Assembly: GCA_964106915.2 (NCBI GenBank)
Contig: OZ066919.1
Direction: 5' to 3' (one strand)
DNA: 64,000 nt
DNA from: Podarcis gaigeae
Taxonomy: Eukaryota
The notes beneath the pieces were generated by a model that worked only from the letters and a program-made list of their open reading frames with translations, did not search any database and was not told the DNA's origin. Position numbers and translations under genes: made by a program. Below, piece after piece: positions 39,179 through 52,791 of the stretch (position 1 is the stretch's first letter; each line of letters opens with the position of its first letter).

Positions 39179-41005
39179 TACTGAAATGGGACGAAATGAC
39201 AAAACTATAAGTGATGGAGGGTGTCTTTCAGACTGCTCTGATTCTTGTTGTCCCCCCTCCAGTTCCCTTCAACTAGACGAGCTTTCATAGACTTGGATCA
39301 GGGATGATGGGAGTTGTAGTCCAAAAAAACAGCTGGAGACCCAAATCTGGGAAACACTGATCTAGAGTAGAATATGGTTCACAAATAACCTGACACTATC
39401 CTCTAGCAAAGGTAAAAAGTACCCCAGAGCAAACAAATGACCACAGTTTGTGTGTGCTTAGGATTCCAGTCTAAATTGTCCATAATGATAAGTTTGCATT
39501 GCTCTTCAAACTGGTAGATGTGGTATTAACCGGATATGATGTTTATGACATTTGTATGCTGCCCTATAACCTTGTACCAAAAAGACTAAAAAGATTTTAA
39601 ACAAAATAGAGCAGAACAATCGTAACTGGATGAGGGAATATCAGAGGAGCAGAATCACCACTGTATTCAAAACCCTGCTAGCTCGTTCCAGTCAGGATGG
39701 AAGGTGAGGTGGTGTTTTTTTGTTGCTTCTTCCTGCACCAGCAATAGGACTGACACAGCCAAGGGATCTGAGAACTGGGTCTCTTGGAGGATCAACAGAG
39801 CTCTGGATTCGTTGGTACAACTTAGGCCCATGCAGAGTTTGTCTGAGGCCCAGGGTAGATGTCTTGTTAGAATATAGTATTAAATGAAAAAACAAAACAA
39901 AAACAAACAAACAAACAAAAAACAGCCTGTCTCTGGTGGGGCCAGTTTAGCCCTCTGAGGCCTGGAGCAAGTGTATCCACCTGCCCTCACCTGCCGCACA
40001 GTACCACACCACTTCAGGGCTACTGCTGACAAAAGGATCACCAGTGATAGCTACCCACCTGATTGGGTGCAACTTGGACCTCCATCACAGCACAGAACAA
40101 CCTCTACCACCAACATATTCTCTGTCAGTGGAGGGTGACAAAGAGGTACTTACACTGCATAATAACCCCCCCATCCAAGCCCATTAACATCAAGAGGTTG
40201 GTAATTTGTAAAACAAGAGCACAACAGTTTAGAAGGGAGATTTTCTTCTGTATTAACAGCTTCACAAAAGCAAAGATGTTGCATGAATATTTACTGATGC
40301 ATCCTGTTTTACAGATTCACATTTCCCTCTAGCATGTAAAACAATCTCTCGCTCCATCAGATTCCCTTTCATACAGTGATAAAACATTGCAGAGGGAGAC
40401 GGGGATGCAATTACCTGCCATTCTCTTAACTTATTCTCACTTTTCAATTTGGATGTTCCCATGGGCTTTTTAGTTAAACAAGAATTGCCCTGCATTGTAC
40501 TTAACATACATTTTTTATTTGTCTCCCAGAGTTATGGCCAAATCTTACTCCCACCACAATTAACAGTTCTCTGTTACTAGCAAAGGACCTTGATTAGAAA
40601 GAGCATTTACATGAGAAACTTGTTATTTGTTAATGTTTAAACACTGCTCTATATATTCAGGCCTCAAATGGCAAATACTTAGAAGGTAGCATGCTCACTC
40701 AGTGTCTTCATATATTTACTTTGCTATAGGGCTTGTGGCTGGTTCTGCCTGCAGCTGGAGAGGCCCACTGCACCCATCATCTTAGAACTGGATAGCTAAG
40801 GAGCAGGGCTACCAAGATGAAAATTGCTCCTCTGCAGCCTGTGCCTAGAGTTTTAATATGGGCAAAGCTCCATGCAGGAGTAAGCAGGAGCAGTATTATT
40901 TACATAGTTCTTAGAACTCTTTAAGTAGCCTCAATGAACTGTGAGTACTAACTAGGGCAGAATACTATAGGCACTGGTTGCCAGCCATGCCAGAGCTACT
41001 GTAGA

Positions 41006-41593
41006 ACTGGAAGCAGTTCATAAAAGAGCAAGCAAAATTATAAAGCAAGGTGGAGCAACACCCTTATAAGGAAACATTGCAACAATGGCGGGGGGCGTTA
41101 GTTTGGGGGGGGGGAGTGTCTAAGAGAAGGCATAAGAGATGTATAAAATTATTCATGTTGCTGAGAAAGTTAACAGAGGAAAGTTTCACCCTCTCTTGTA
41201 ACACTAGAACTCAGGAATATCCAATAAAGTTGAATGCTGGAAGATTCAGAACTGACAAAAAAAAGTACTTCTTTCACACAGTGTACTATTAAACTATGGA
41301 GTTTGCTCCACAAGAAGTAGTGAAGACCACCAACTTGGATGCCTTTAAAAGAGGATTAGGCAAATTCATGGGGGATACGGCTATCATGGACTACTAGCCA
41401 TGATGACTATGTTCTGCCTCCACTGCCATAGGCGGTGAATAACACTTGCTAAGAATCACAAGTGGCAGCATGCTCTTGTACTCAGGTCTTACTCAGGCTT
41501 TCCTATACGGATCTGGTTGGCCACTGTGAAAACAGGATGCTGGACTAAATAGACCACTGGCGTAATCCTGCAGGCTCTTCTTAAATTCTTAAC
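41006..41593 (+). mobile_element. Degraded CR1 LINE 3' region
   Basis: Frameshifted CR1 ORF2 end (..TRTQEYPIKLNAGRFRTDKKKYFF..), ggatgcctttaaaagaggattaggcaaattcatgg, and tail ctcttcttaaattcttaa. Confidence 0.8.
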
Positions 41594-41881
41594 TGAGAGC
41601 CTCATTCCAGATCTCAGATGATCTCTCCCAATGACTTTATATAAAGTTTAAAAGTATGAGGAATACAATGGAACCTTGCAATACCCCACAGCATAAATGC
41701 CCAGGGTTACCCAGCAGGAAGAGTCAGTTTAGTGCCCCCTACAAGCAGTTCGATTGTCAACTACAATGCAGTATTCCTACATGCTTTATGCCAAATTCCA
41801 TGGAACCTGGAAACAATAAGATTGTGACCTCTTTCAGCTCAGCACTGCATTTGTCGCCCTTATCTTTCCTTGGCAACCTGA

Positions 41882-42439
41882 TGGTTGGACGTGGATGACT
41901 GTGGGAGGTGCCAACTGGGGAACCACCAAGGGAAGAAGGCTCAGAGCCCAGGCAGTGGTGGTGGGGAAATGATGAGTGGTCAAAGGGAGAGAGGGAAGAG
42001 GAGGTGTCAGAAGCTGAAGAGGTAACAGGGTTTAGCAAGCTGAGACGGTCTATGGCAGACAGAAGTCCAGAATAAGAGGCAGAACCTGAAGTAGGTGATT
42101 GGGGGAGGAAGGCCAAGAGGCAGAGATGGTGAAGAGTCATGGGTGTCTCCCCCTCCTGCTGCAACAAGCTCCCCTTCCCCTCCCATGTCCCAGAAACAAG
42201 CAGAGCAGCAATAGGCTGCATGCAGGCAAAGTCTCCAACTGCTTAGGGGAAGCCCTGGAGAGGAGGGGACTTAGACCCCTGCGGGGAGGTGGAGACTTTC
42301 AATCTCGGCAACTGATTTCATGGAGCAGGACCTGCTGTGCTCATTAGGCCTGGCAGTCAAGACTGTGGAGACTGTGTTTTTGCACATAGTTAACTCCAAC
42401 TCTGAACTGTGTGATTGCTGACCAGCATGCTCTGTGACA
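41882..42439 (+). mobile_element. Solo LTR (Gypsy/ERV-like)
   Basis: TG...CA termini with a perfect 5-bp TSD CCTGA (41877-41881, 42440-42444); purine-rich body; no internal coding sequence. Strand is inferred. Confidence 0.75.
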
Positions 42440-43239
42440 CCTGATGGGAGCTTTTCCCATTCCACTGCTTGCCCAGGGGTTGGGGGCAGGAAAGGGGACG
42501 GCTTCTTCTGCAAGTCAAAAGGCATGCAGAGGTTCTTCCACAATGTCTCAGTATATTAATTTGTGCTAAGTCTATGCTGTACAAAGTATTCTGCTAGCTC
42601 TCAACAGAATTTCTTCTGCTGGCCTATCTTTGGATCCTCAGAAAATGGAATGAAATCAGTCTCACTCAGAAGCTGACATTCTATGGGTTGAAAACAAGCA
42701 TTTCAGAGACCATATGCATCCTGCTGGCCCGTTTCCGAACTGTACTGATACAGCAATTCTATGAGTAGTAAAGAGAGCATTTCAATATTGTTCTGTAGGA
42801 TTGTGGGAAAGATCCATAGCTGTTTTTGTTTAACCAAATAAAGAGGCAGATGTAATCAAGGAAAAGCAACATATGGGAGAAAACTTATAAGCAAATTGTC
42901 TTAAAATGTTGCAACACTACCATGCATCTCATCAAGAACTAAAGGACATTTGTCAATACACTTACATAAAATGTTTGAGAAAGTACCTGATGTATAATTC
43001 ATGCAGCTATCAAGTTAAATATACAAATGTCTAAAATGTGGGCTGTAATATATGTATGTGAAAGCTTCCAACACCATACAAAGTTCCATATTTGTTGCTG
43101 TTGTGGGCTACACTGTGTATATCAAATGTTCTCTCAGTCTTGTATTGTGACAAGATTTTGTTGAAATATTTTCTGTGCTAACTACCAAGATGGAATTTCA
43201 ATGATGGCTACACAGGTTTAAAATGCAGTACTCTAGTTG

Positions 43240-43660
43240 CTTTCTTTGCTATCCCATGTTGGCATCCGCCTCTTCGGAGAGACAAGGGAAGAGTGTGCCA
43301 TCAGGGCTAAAGTCAAACTGTTGGAGAGTTACAGCACCTGCTGTGGCTGTGGAGACCAATATGGGAGAGACATGTTTTGTTGCAACTGTGGCAGATCAAG
43401 GCATCCTGCTTTGATGCTATAGGTGCATCATGGTGTTTCTTCTCTCTGCGCTCCTCCCAGCAGTCAATTCTCCTCTGGTCACTGCTGTGGATACACAACC
43501 TGACTGTCTCCAGGTGAGGATTCCCACGCAGAAGGGTTAACGTTTCCAGCCTTCATGTTATGTTTGCAGACATTTTTAGAAAGCAGAGTTGGTCTGCCAA
43601 TAGGCCCAGTACCTAAATCCAGCTCCCTGTAAAGCACATCATTGGTAATCCTGAATTCGA
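43240..43660 (-). mobile_element. Non-BovB RTE-clade LINE 3' end
   Basis: Minus frames give RITNDVLYRELDLGTGPIGRPTLLSKNVCKHNMKAGNVNPSAWES and the terminal zinc-finger-like ICHSCNKTCLSHIGLHSHSRCC, typical of RTE ORF ends. Confidence 0.8.
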
Positions 43661-43776
43661 TGGAATTGGCAGGATGGAAGCCCCTTCTGTGGGTTTCAGG
43701 TAAAACCATCAACAAAAGATTTTATCTGAAAAGAAAAAGGCCTTCATCTGACACTGAAAAGACAAGTGTTTACCAC

Positions 43777-44280
43777 CAGTGGTGTAGGAATAGAGGTGCG
43801 GTGGGTGCGGATCGCCCCGGGTGTCATCACTGAGGGGGTGACAAAATGGCAAAAATATGTGTTTTAAAGGTTTAAAAAAAGTGCTCATGACACTTTAAAA
43901 AAACAACAACTCCCGCACCCACTGTACCCCCCCTTCCTACATCACTGGTAGCTAGGTGAGGCAGCAGGCACCACACCTGCAGCGTGCCTGAGCCACGCGT
44001 CTCTCCTGAGGGGAGGTAGCAGGCGGACTGCCTGCAAGCTCTGCGCTGAAATATACTCGGAGTCAGCTGCTTTTTCAAGCAGCGTGGGGTTTGCGTCTGC
44101 CCACCGCCTCAGCCACCCTATAGCTGAGGGGGAGGCTGCGGAGGGGCTCCACACAGCGCACCCTGTGTTGGCTCGCCCCGCCCCCATGAGCAGCTTGCCC
44201 CACCCCCATGGGTAGCTTGCCCTACCCCTGGCTGCAGGATGCGCACACACTGGGCACCCGAGTGGCTAGCTACAACGCTG
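43777..44280. mobile_element. GC-rich non-autonomous hAT-like DNA transposon
   Basis: CAGTGGTGTAG ... CTACAACGCTG imperfect TIRs; flanks TTTACCAC / GTTACTAC (6/8 match, degraded 8-bp TSD). Confidence 0.65.
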
Positions 44281-45859
44281 GTTACTACACAAGTCATCTA
44301 TAGTGATACTACTCAAAACCAGGGTGCCACCACAGAAAGGGCACTCATATGGGCAGTGTGGATTTAGAAAGGAAGCCCTGTGATGTGTCAATTTCCCTCA
44401 TGAATCTTAAGAATTATTTTAGACATGTAAAGCAAAATGAAAAGTTGAGGAATTTATTTTGATTTTGGAGCAATATGCTACCCAACATTTTCTGCTGCAC
44501 TATATGACCTTTCTGCCTAGCTACTGTTTTGCTATTGATTTTAATTACTCGGTTTAATTTACTGCATGCCAACACAAAGCTGTTTACTCCTACTTGCCAA
44601 AATGTTGCCTTAGTCTCCCAGAGGAAGGTAAAATGAGTAAAACGTATATGTTTCACTGTTACATGCTATTCATTATAAAGAATTTAATAGATTCGCTTCC
44701 CATAAATGTCACCACTCTAGAATGTAACAGCCAAATACACTAAACACACACAGAAAGAGAGAGAGAACACACACATTATACCAGCAAGGAATTTAAAACA
44801 AAAAACCTTATATTATGAAAGGCTATGACTTGAAACAGCTTACATTTTCAGTTTTAATATTCATCTCCTAATGCATAGGGGAGACAGGCCATATGTTCCC
44901 CTTCTCCATAAAACGTATGGACAGAAAGAGTGTGAAAGTTAGCTGTCTCTTAGATATTAAGCTACTATGCTAAATAAATAAATAAATAAATTGTTTTCTC
45001 TGGTAAAGACCACAATTTAACAGTGTTAGGTGTGGTTTTAACACACATTTGCTGTCCTGAAATAAATGTTACACCTGTTATCACCCTCAGTTCCAGACCA
45101 TGAGTGCTATAGCAGAAACAGTATGGAGGGACAATGAAGTTCAAAAGGTTGATTTAATTGCCAAATACACAGAAGGTCCTGACCTTCAAAATCTACCTTT
45201 ATTCACAACGGTTGGGGATTTATGCTTCCTTGAGCTTCAAACATGACACTCAGCGTAGGCAGCTTGGCCTTTATTGCAATCATACCTTATTTCAAAAATA
45301 GAACACAGTTATTCATTTCTGAGTCAGGTACAGAAATTTGTGATTTAATATCTTTGCACAACATACATTTATCCCACCCCCCACCGTTCTATCTCATCAG
45401 CTGACTTGATTTCCAAATGTTGTATTTTCCTAGTGCTTTTATTATGTTCCAAATAACTCAGCAGTTGCTCTTTACTTTTCACTTCAGCCGAAGTCAACAA
45501 CCACTCACTAAAATAATTAATATCATCTAAAATATGCAACCTGAATTTAATGAGACCTCTTGCCCCAACCAGGTCTTATCATATATGAAGCAACTTAATA
45601 AACGTAAAAGCAAATTAGGATTAAACTCCAAGTGGAATACTAGGAGTGCTCTTGTTCAAGATTCTACTCCGCCAGGAAAATAAATGTTATCGTGCTATTT
45701 GGATCAGGGGGGTGGGGCAGGAAGGGGGGCAAAAGAAGGAAGGGCAGTTTTCAGTTGACATTCCAGTGTGTCAATAAGTTATGGAGGATTGCTATGAGAG
45801 ATATTTAAAAGAGGAGGAGGAGCTTGTGTTTGTGTGCATTACAGTAGCACCAGTGTGAG

Positions 45860-46000
45860 TGGAGGGGGGAGGAGGAAGAGGGGAAAGAAGGAACCTGCAA
45901 AGAGGGAGGTGTAAAAAGGGGGTGGCAGAGAGAAAAAGGGAGGGGGAAAGTGGGTGGCAGAGAAGGAAAGTTGCAGAAAGAAAGGGTGGCAAAAAAGAAG
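45860..46000 (+). repeat. Polypurine low-complexity tract with recurring GGGTGGCA units
   Basis: Direct reading. Confidence 0.7.
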
Positions 46001-46236
46001 AACAAAAACCCCAGACTTTATCCCTTTGTCTGCATCACAGTAGATAAATTTCAGAGTTTCCCCTCCCCCAAATAAGGACCTGCCCCCACTGGCATCATGC
46101 CGATCCAAGTTTTCCCTCCCTGAGCTCCTGCCTGGAGGACAGTAAAGATGCTGCTTGGCCTTGGAAGGGTTCAGAGAGAAGGGGAAGGAGGGAGATATCT
46201 GATCTGCCTTCCTGTCCTGCCCTCTATCCTCTATCT

Positions 46237-46542
46237 CATGGGTAGGCAAACTAAGGCCCGTGGGCCAGATCCGGCCCAATCGCCTTCTAAATCTGGCCTG
46301 TGGACGGTCTAGGACTCAGCATGTTTTTACATGAGTAGAATGTGTCCTTTTATTTAAAATGCATCTCTGGGTTATTTATGGGGCCTGCCTGGTGTGTGCT
46401 TTTATTTAAAATGCATCTCTGGGCTATTTGTGGGGAATATGAATTCGTTCATTTTTTTTTCTCTTCAAAATATAATCTGGCCCCCCACAAGGTCTGAGGG
46501 ACAGTAGACCGGCCCCCTGCTGAAAAAGTTTCCTGACCCCTG
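46237..46542. mobile_element. hAT (Charlie-like) MITE
   Basis: CATGGGTAGGCAAACT ... AGTTTCCTGACCCCTG termini; perfect 8-bp TSD CTCTATCT (46229-46236, 46543-46550). Confidence 0.9.
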
Positions 46543-48870
46543 CTCTATCTCAAGGGGGAGGGAGGAGATGAGGGAAAGGAGGGGGAGAAATGCCCAGCTA
46601 GGAAATGGCAGGGAAGGAGACAGGGGTCCTGAGCCAGGAGCAAGCCAGAGTAACACGGTCCCCTTCCCCAATGCAACCCAAAGTTAGGCTCCCACCCCTA
46701 CCCTGATCCACACAAGAGGGTTGCCCAACTGTTGTTTTTACTCTTAATGTGCTGTTGTTGCTTTTCGTTCTTTACATGGTTTGTGGTTGGCATTGGGGGG
46801 GGGGGGGTTGAGCAACCCAGCAACCCTGGGGCAGGCAGAAATTAAGTGGGGTAAGCCTTTTCAAGAATAAAAGTACAATTAAGGGGAAAGCTGCACCTGT
46901 TGACTAGCATTGGACACAACCCTGGGTAGTCATTGTATCCCATGTCACATCTTCAGGGAGGGCTGGGAAAGACAGCCCTGCCTAAGACCCTGGATAACAT
47001 CAGTCAATCAGTGCAGGCACTACTCAGCTACGCAGACCAGTGGTCTGACTCAGCATTCAGAACAGTTTTCTGTTCCTTTAAAGCTTATTTTTCCTTTCAG
47101 GTGGTTCACTGATAGATGCAAAATAGATATTTTACCATTCTGTGTCTATTGTTGCATTCACATACACTGTTTTCCTTTTACACACAATAAATAACAAGTA
47201 AATAGCACTTTCTTGCCTTGTTTCATATCATCTTAATTTATATGCTCAGAGTGACTGTTAAGATTTGTTTTACAAAGTGAGTCCCAAGACTATTTGTCTT
47301 TGATGTACTGACTGAGATCTGCTTCAGTCAAACTTTTTTCAAAAACAAATATCTTTTTAAGGACATAACTATAGGCATACTTAAATAACGTTTTCTTCTA
47401 CTGTTTTATTTATAGTTGCCACTTGTATCTTTAAATATGTAATAACTACAGCACTGCTTCAAAATAACCTTGGAGAATATCATTGCCAGAGAAAGGTAGA
47501 AAGAAATGAGAAAGGTCAAAAAGAAAAACAGGGGGGAAACCCAGTCACCCTAAGTTACTTTTCTCTGCGGCATTATCATATGTTTGCTAATGGCAGCCTG
47601 CTATCCGGTTTCAAAAGGGGGGGGGAAAAGAAAACACTGTTTAATTAGAGCGCAGTTGCTGCTTTATTGTAGCATTACAGTGAAGTGTGCTGAGATGCCT
47701 TCCCATAGGCAGGTGCAGGTGGCTGTACAGCTCATTTAGCCTGGGTGAGTAATGTCAGTTCAGGAAAAGAGAGAGGCTTCTGTCTTCAAACTTTCAATCT
47801 GCCTCCATTATCTGTGATCAAGGTGGAACCACAGGGGAGTGGAATTACTGGCAGGTCTAGGACAAGTGAAGAGGCAGTGAATCTATAAGACATATTAATC
47901 ATCTTTCCCTTCTCTTCTCTGGCGCCAGCCTGTGCCTCCGACTCCCCGGCGCCAGGCAAATGGATTTGCTGTCCCCACAGGTACAAGCTAGTGCCTTTCA
48001 GGGGCAAGTCATCAGAATAATAATTACTGACACTGCTGAGATCAGCCCTAACCAATCCAGAAGGGAACAGAAAAAATATTATGGGACGGATGGATTTCCT
48101 GAACTCCTGTGTTAGTATATATAGAAGCAGGCTTTTAATGTATTACAATAACATTAAGAAGTTCTTTTAAAATCGCATCGCCCTAAATATGTGCCATGGA
48201 ACAATTTTCATAGTATGATTTGCATTGCATTAATATTTAAGATCTTGATGGTTTTTCATATATATTACTGCATCGTTTTACATTACCTTAACTGCCACAA
48301 TCTAGTTGATATTAATGGCATGATTTCGGAACTCATGGTTGTAGGCTGCAGATCTATACAAACTTACCTGGAAGTTAAGAGCCACTGAACACAATGCAGC
48401 TTATTTCTGAGTAGAAATATGGTATATTGGCTTGTACCTTAACAAGAACTTTGGGTAATAACTCCACAGAGTGAATGCAGTCCAATCCTACACATGTTCA
48501 CTTGGAAGCAAGTCCACAAATTATAACCAAACTTACTTTCAAGTAAATGTGCGTTGAATTTAATCTGTGAGAGACTTTCCTTTAAATTAAATTCTGAGGT
48601 AGTATTATTTATGCATGTACAGTGTGTAGATTTTGCCCCATCCTATACTCAAAAGCTAAAGGCCAAGAGCAATGCTGTATTTTTAGAAGTCCTTTATCAC
48701 GTAAATAATACATATATATAAAATTTGTGGTGATGATACACTGAATGACATACTTCTAATTCCTGAACACACATTTTCACAATGACTTGCATACAGCATA
48801 CAGGTATTTAAAGGGAATGAAAAATAAACAACAAATTAGAGATACTATTGAATATGTATTCTATAGGATA

Positions 48871-49170
48871 GAAGAAGAAGAAGAAGAAGAAGAAGAAGAA
48901 GAAGAAGAAGAAGAAGAGAAGGAGGAGGAGGAGGAGGAGTTTGGATTTGATATCCCGCTTCATCACTACTTGAAGGAGTCTCAAAGCGGCTAACATTCTC
49001 CTTTCCCTTTCTCCCCCATAACAAACTCTCTGTGAGGTGAGTGGGGCTGAGAGACTTCAAAGAAGTGTGACTGGCCCAAGGTCACCCAGCAGCTGCATGT
49101 GGAGGAGCGGAGACACAAACCCAGTTCACCAGATTACGAGTCTACCACTCTTAACCACTACACCACACTG
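48871..49170 (-). mobile_element. Squam3-like tRNA/CORE SINE with (CTT)n/(CCT)n tail
   Basis: Minus-strand head ccagtgtggtgtagtggttaagagtggtagactcgtaatctggtgaactgggtttg, CORE gggtgaccttgggccagtcac, and tail seen as (GAA)n(GAG)n at 48871-48939. Confidence 0.88.
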
Positions 49171-49287
49171 GATATTAAACTTAAGGGTAGAATTCAGTGT
49201 AGCACTCTTCCATCCATCCTGTTTACACAAAAATTACAGCTTGTCAGATGGAATGATACCCCTTCTCATTCCTCTATGCACTGCTAT

Positions 49288-49776
49288 TGTCAGGGACTGG
49301 GCAGAGGGGTAATGGTGGAGACCCTGCCTCCCCAGCCTGACCCTTCCATAGAAGAAGAAGACAGTTCAGAATTACAACAGGGGTATGAGGGAGGTCACAG
49401 CTCAGGGGCAGATGAGGGGAAAAGCTGGAAAATAATGAGAGAGGTGGAAGAAAAAGCACCAGAGGGGCACAGTGTCCTTAGAAAGCATTCCAGACCCCCC
49501 CTCCCAGAACCCGGCAAGCATTGAAAGTAGGAGAGCAGATAGCTCAGATGCAGAAGGCACTGCTCAGTGATGACACATGAAGAGGAGAGAGGGAGGGGGT
49601 GTAGACTTACTCAGAGCAACACCATTATTCAGAGGGGCCACATTCCCAAGCCTCTTTCTGTGAATATTGAATAAAAGCCTATGGTAAGGACTTTTCCCTT
49701 GTCTTGTCTATTCCTGGCAACCTGAGGTGGGGGTTGCTTCCTCTGCTGCCTGGCAGCTCTTAAGGTTCTCCTGACA
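49288..49776 (+). mobile_element. Solo LTR (Gypsy-like)
   Basis: TGTCAGG ... CCTGACA inverted termini and AATAAA at 49670-49675. TSD only partial (GCTAT/GCTCC). Confidence 0.7.
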
Positions 49777-51053
49777 GCTCCACCCCCAGCCAGTTGGCGG
49801 GGTAGGACATGCAAGGGAAGAAGAGGGGTAAAAGGTCTGCTGCATTAGAGTCACTACCCATCTACTCCAGCATCCTGCACTCATAGTGGCCAACTAGAGG
49901 CCTACAGAAGCCTGAGCACAACAGCACCTGCAGTTTCCAGCAACTGGTTTTCAGAAACACCCTGCCTCTGACGTTGGAGGTAGAACGCAGATCTGTAGCC
50001 TTAACTTCCATAATTTGGCTAATCCTCTTTTAAAGCTATCTAAGTAAAGCCCTGTTGCACAAATCGAAGACCTTTCTCAGGTCTTTCACTGTTTCACCTG
50101 AAATCTTTTACTATTCAAAATACAGGTTAAAATATACATAGCTAATAATTATTTGTAACATAAGAGGAAAAGCAGCTCCTAATACATTTCCCCCTTCAAA
50201 CAAAATCATTTGCATTTGCAGCATATAAATCAATGTTAAATATTTCAAGTGTCAATGATTATTCTCAATTTCTAAACTATCAAATGTATTCATGATTAAT
50301 ATTTCATTAATATAATGAAAGCCATCAAAATTGCAAGAATAAATGAGTGGATTAAGATGCATTAATTGATAATCAGTTGATCTCAACATTAATCTTAATG
50401 GCAAGATTTTGTATCATAAAAGCATCTCACACACGGACTCCACCTTTGAATTCCAAGATAAGCACTTTTAATTTATGTATATACCCTTTGTGGTAAAATT
50501 CCAAAGGAAACAAATTATGTAGATTTGTGCAGTACCATATGTACTCATCATTTTAAAACAGCACTTTTAAGTCTTACCTGCTCATATTATAGACAATGTC
50601 AAATCTAAGAGATGCCTCTTTATAACAATGGGGCAGGAGGAGCTACCATTCTAATCGTTTTTCTCTGCAACCTGCTGCAGCAACTGCCAGTCATTTCAGC
50701 CAATCAAAAACTTCTATTGATTTATTCCCCCCCACACACACACACACTGAACAGTTTATCAATAACTTAAAAAAAGAAAATATTAAATAAAAAAAATGCG
50801 CACTTGATTAAAAATCAGCAACGAAGGCAGTAGATTTGCAAAAGATGAAACCATCAGACACCCATGATTCGTGTAGAACTGACCAGTATACAAGGATGCT
50901 TTATCGGTTTTCTTCAAAGCAATGATATATTCTGTCTCAAGCATGCCATTTTATTTAGAAACTAGTTATGTTTGGCTATGCAGAAGCAGTGTTAGCATTA
51001 ACCAATGCAAAGGGACAAGAACCCTGGACCATATCAGGAGAAGATCCGAGTCA

Positions 51054-51537
51054 TGTAACTCGTGGTAATGTATTAAATGTATTTTGTATTGCCTCCCAAG
51101 AGCAATGGAGCAGTTCTGTGTCCCTAGCACTGCTATAACACCACCCCAGTAAAATACTGTAATAAGGGACTAGAGAGGCAGCAAGGGCTATGAAATGGCA
51201 AACGAGGCAAAATTGCATGGATGCCTCACATGAGAGTGACTGCTTGCTTTTGAATATCAAGTCTGTGCTTGCACTGAAGCTGTAACATGACAGCCGGGGA
51301 CTGGATAACCTGTTTCAATTTGACACCATGTATAAATAATGCAGACACTTTAGGGGTGCTGATGTTGTGAACCCCTCCATTGTAGGCTTGGGTTGTATAT
51401 GTGTGTAAATAAACCATAGATCCTAAAGACACCACAGCCTCCACTGTGCCTCATTTCCAAAAGGAAACACAAACGCAAGGTAAGCACCAGAACCCCTGGA
51501 ATCTTGCAATGCTTGGAGATTAGGGTAATGTGCAACA
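51054..51537 (+). mobile_element. Possible solo LTR (5' boundary uncertain)
   Basis: TATAAA at 51331, AATAAA at 51408 and terminal ...TGCAACA; no convincing TSD. Confidence 0.4.
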
Positions 51538-52279
51538 ATATTTCAGGTCAAAAAGGGGCATTTCTTACTAGCTTTTCCAAATGCCAGATGTTGTCAATTA
51601 ACTTTAAGTCATGTCCAAGAAATCCTTCTTGTTATATTCTGTAGTATTATGTGGAAAGTGTCACCTCTGGAACAGAGGAACAAGCTGTTTTTCATTATCA
51701 TTCAATTGTCCCAATCAATCTGAGAATTAAAAGCAAAAGCCCCTTGCCGCATCATACAAGCTACTTGCTCTTACTTCGAACAGCTGCAAAAAAAGAAAAG
51801 CAACTCTTTTTTTTTACTTAAAGACAATGCCAAGAAACAAATCACATACTTTAGAGATAAATTAAACATACACTTATGGTAGGTATGGGAAGACATCTGA
51901 ACTAACAAGTAGTTTAATGAAATTAGCTTCTGCTCTATGTTGATGTGCTATTTGCAAAAGTGGTATTCACAGAGGCTTTTTTTTTTTTTAACTGCTATTA
52001 GTATCTTACTCATTTAAATACGGGGAATGTAGTTCATTAAAAACTGGCTTGGCAAATGCCCACATTAAAGAACTGCATGTGTAAGCAGTACAAGAGCTTG
52101 CAGAGGACAGATTATGGCACGGGCGTAAATAAATACAGATGGCCAGAATAATTCATTCTGTTCATAAGATTCAGGCTGCAGAAAGTTAGTACAGGCAGCC
52201 TAAACGAACCAGTGATAGGCCAACAGGGAGAATTGTTGAATTAATTAACCATTCATAAACTGCTAACTGTAGGGATACT

Positions 52280-52398
52280 GGGTGGCATTCAACTAAGCTT
52301 TACTCAGAGTAGATCTGTTGAAATGAATGAACATGACTAAGTTAGGTCCATTAATTTCAATGGGTCTGCTCTGATTAAAACTTAGTTGAATACTATCC
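52280..52398. mobile_element. Short palindromic MITE
   Basis: ggtggcattcaactaagctttactcagagtaga ... tctgctctgattaaaacttagttgaatactatcc folds back imperfectly. Confidence 0.6.
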
Positions 52399-52791
52399 AC
52401 TATCTGCAATTTAATTAGGAGGCTATTTTCTCATAGTAGTTTCCATCACAGGGCCTATAAAGAGTGTATGCAAAATCAGATGATTCTCAGACAGAGGGAG
52501 AGATATTAAAAAACCAGAGGTTGATTTAGGGGTGCATGACTGGTTTGGCTGCACTGGGAGCGGAGCCTTGGGGGTGCCACAAGTATGGTGTAGAATGGAA
52601 GACAAGAGACAGGGGGCACTGAATTTTGGCATCGCACAGGGTGCCACTGAAATTTGAGGCTCCAAGGTACACCATTGATAAAAATAAAGATTGACAAATG
52701 AGACTTGCAACAAAATATGGCAGTGTTCTGGTGAGTTCCGGCTGAAAAAAAAGTCCTCTCTAGAGCTCTTAACAACAACAACAACAACAAC

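Noticed and set aside
41757-42221. 154-aa Ser/Pro-rich ORF
   Set aside because: Antisense reading of a purine-rich solo LTR.
48787-49060. Poly-E, poly-F and poly-L ORFs
   Set aside because: Translations of the SINE microsatellite tail.
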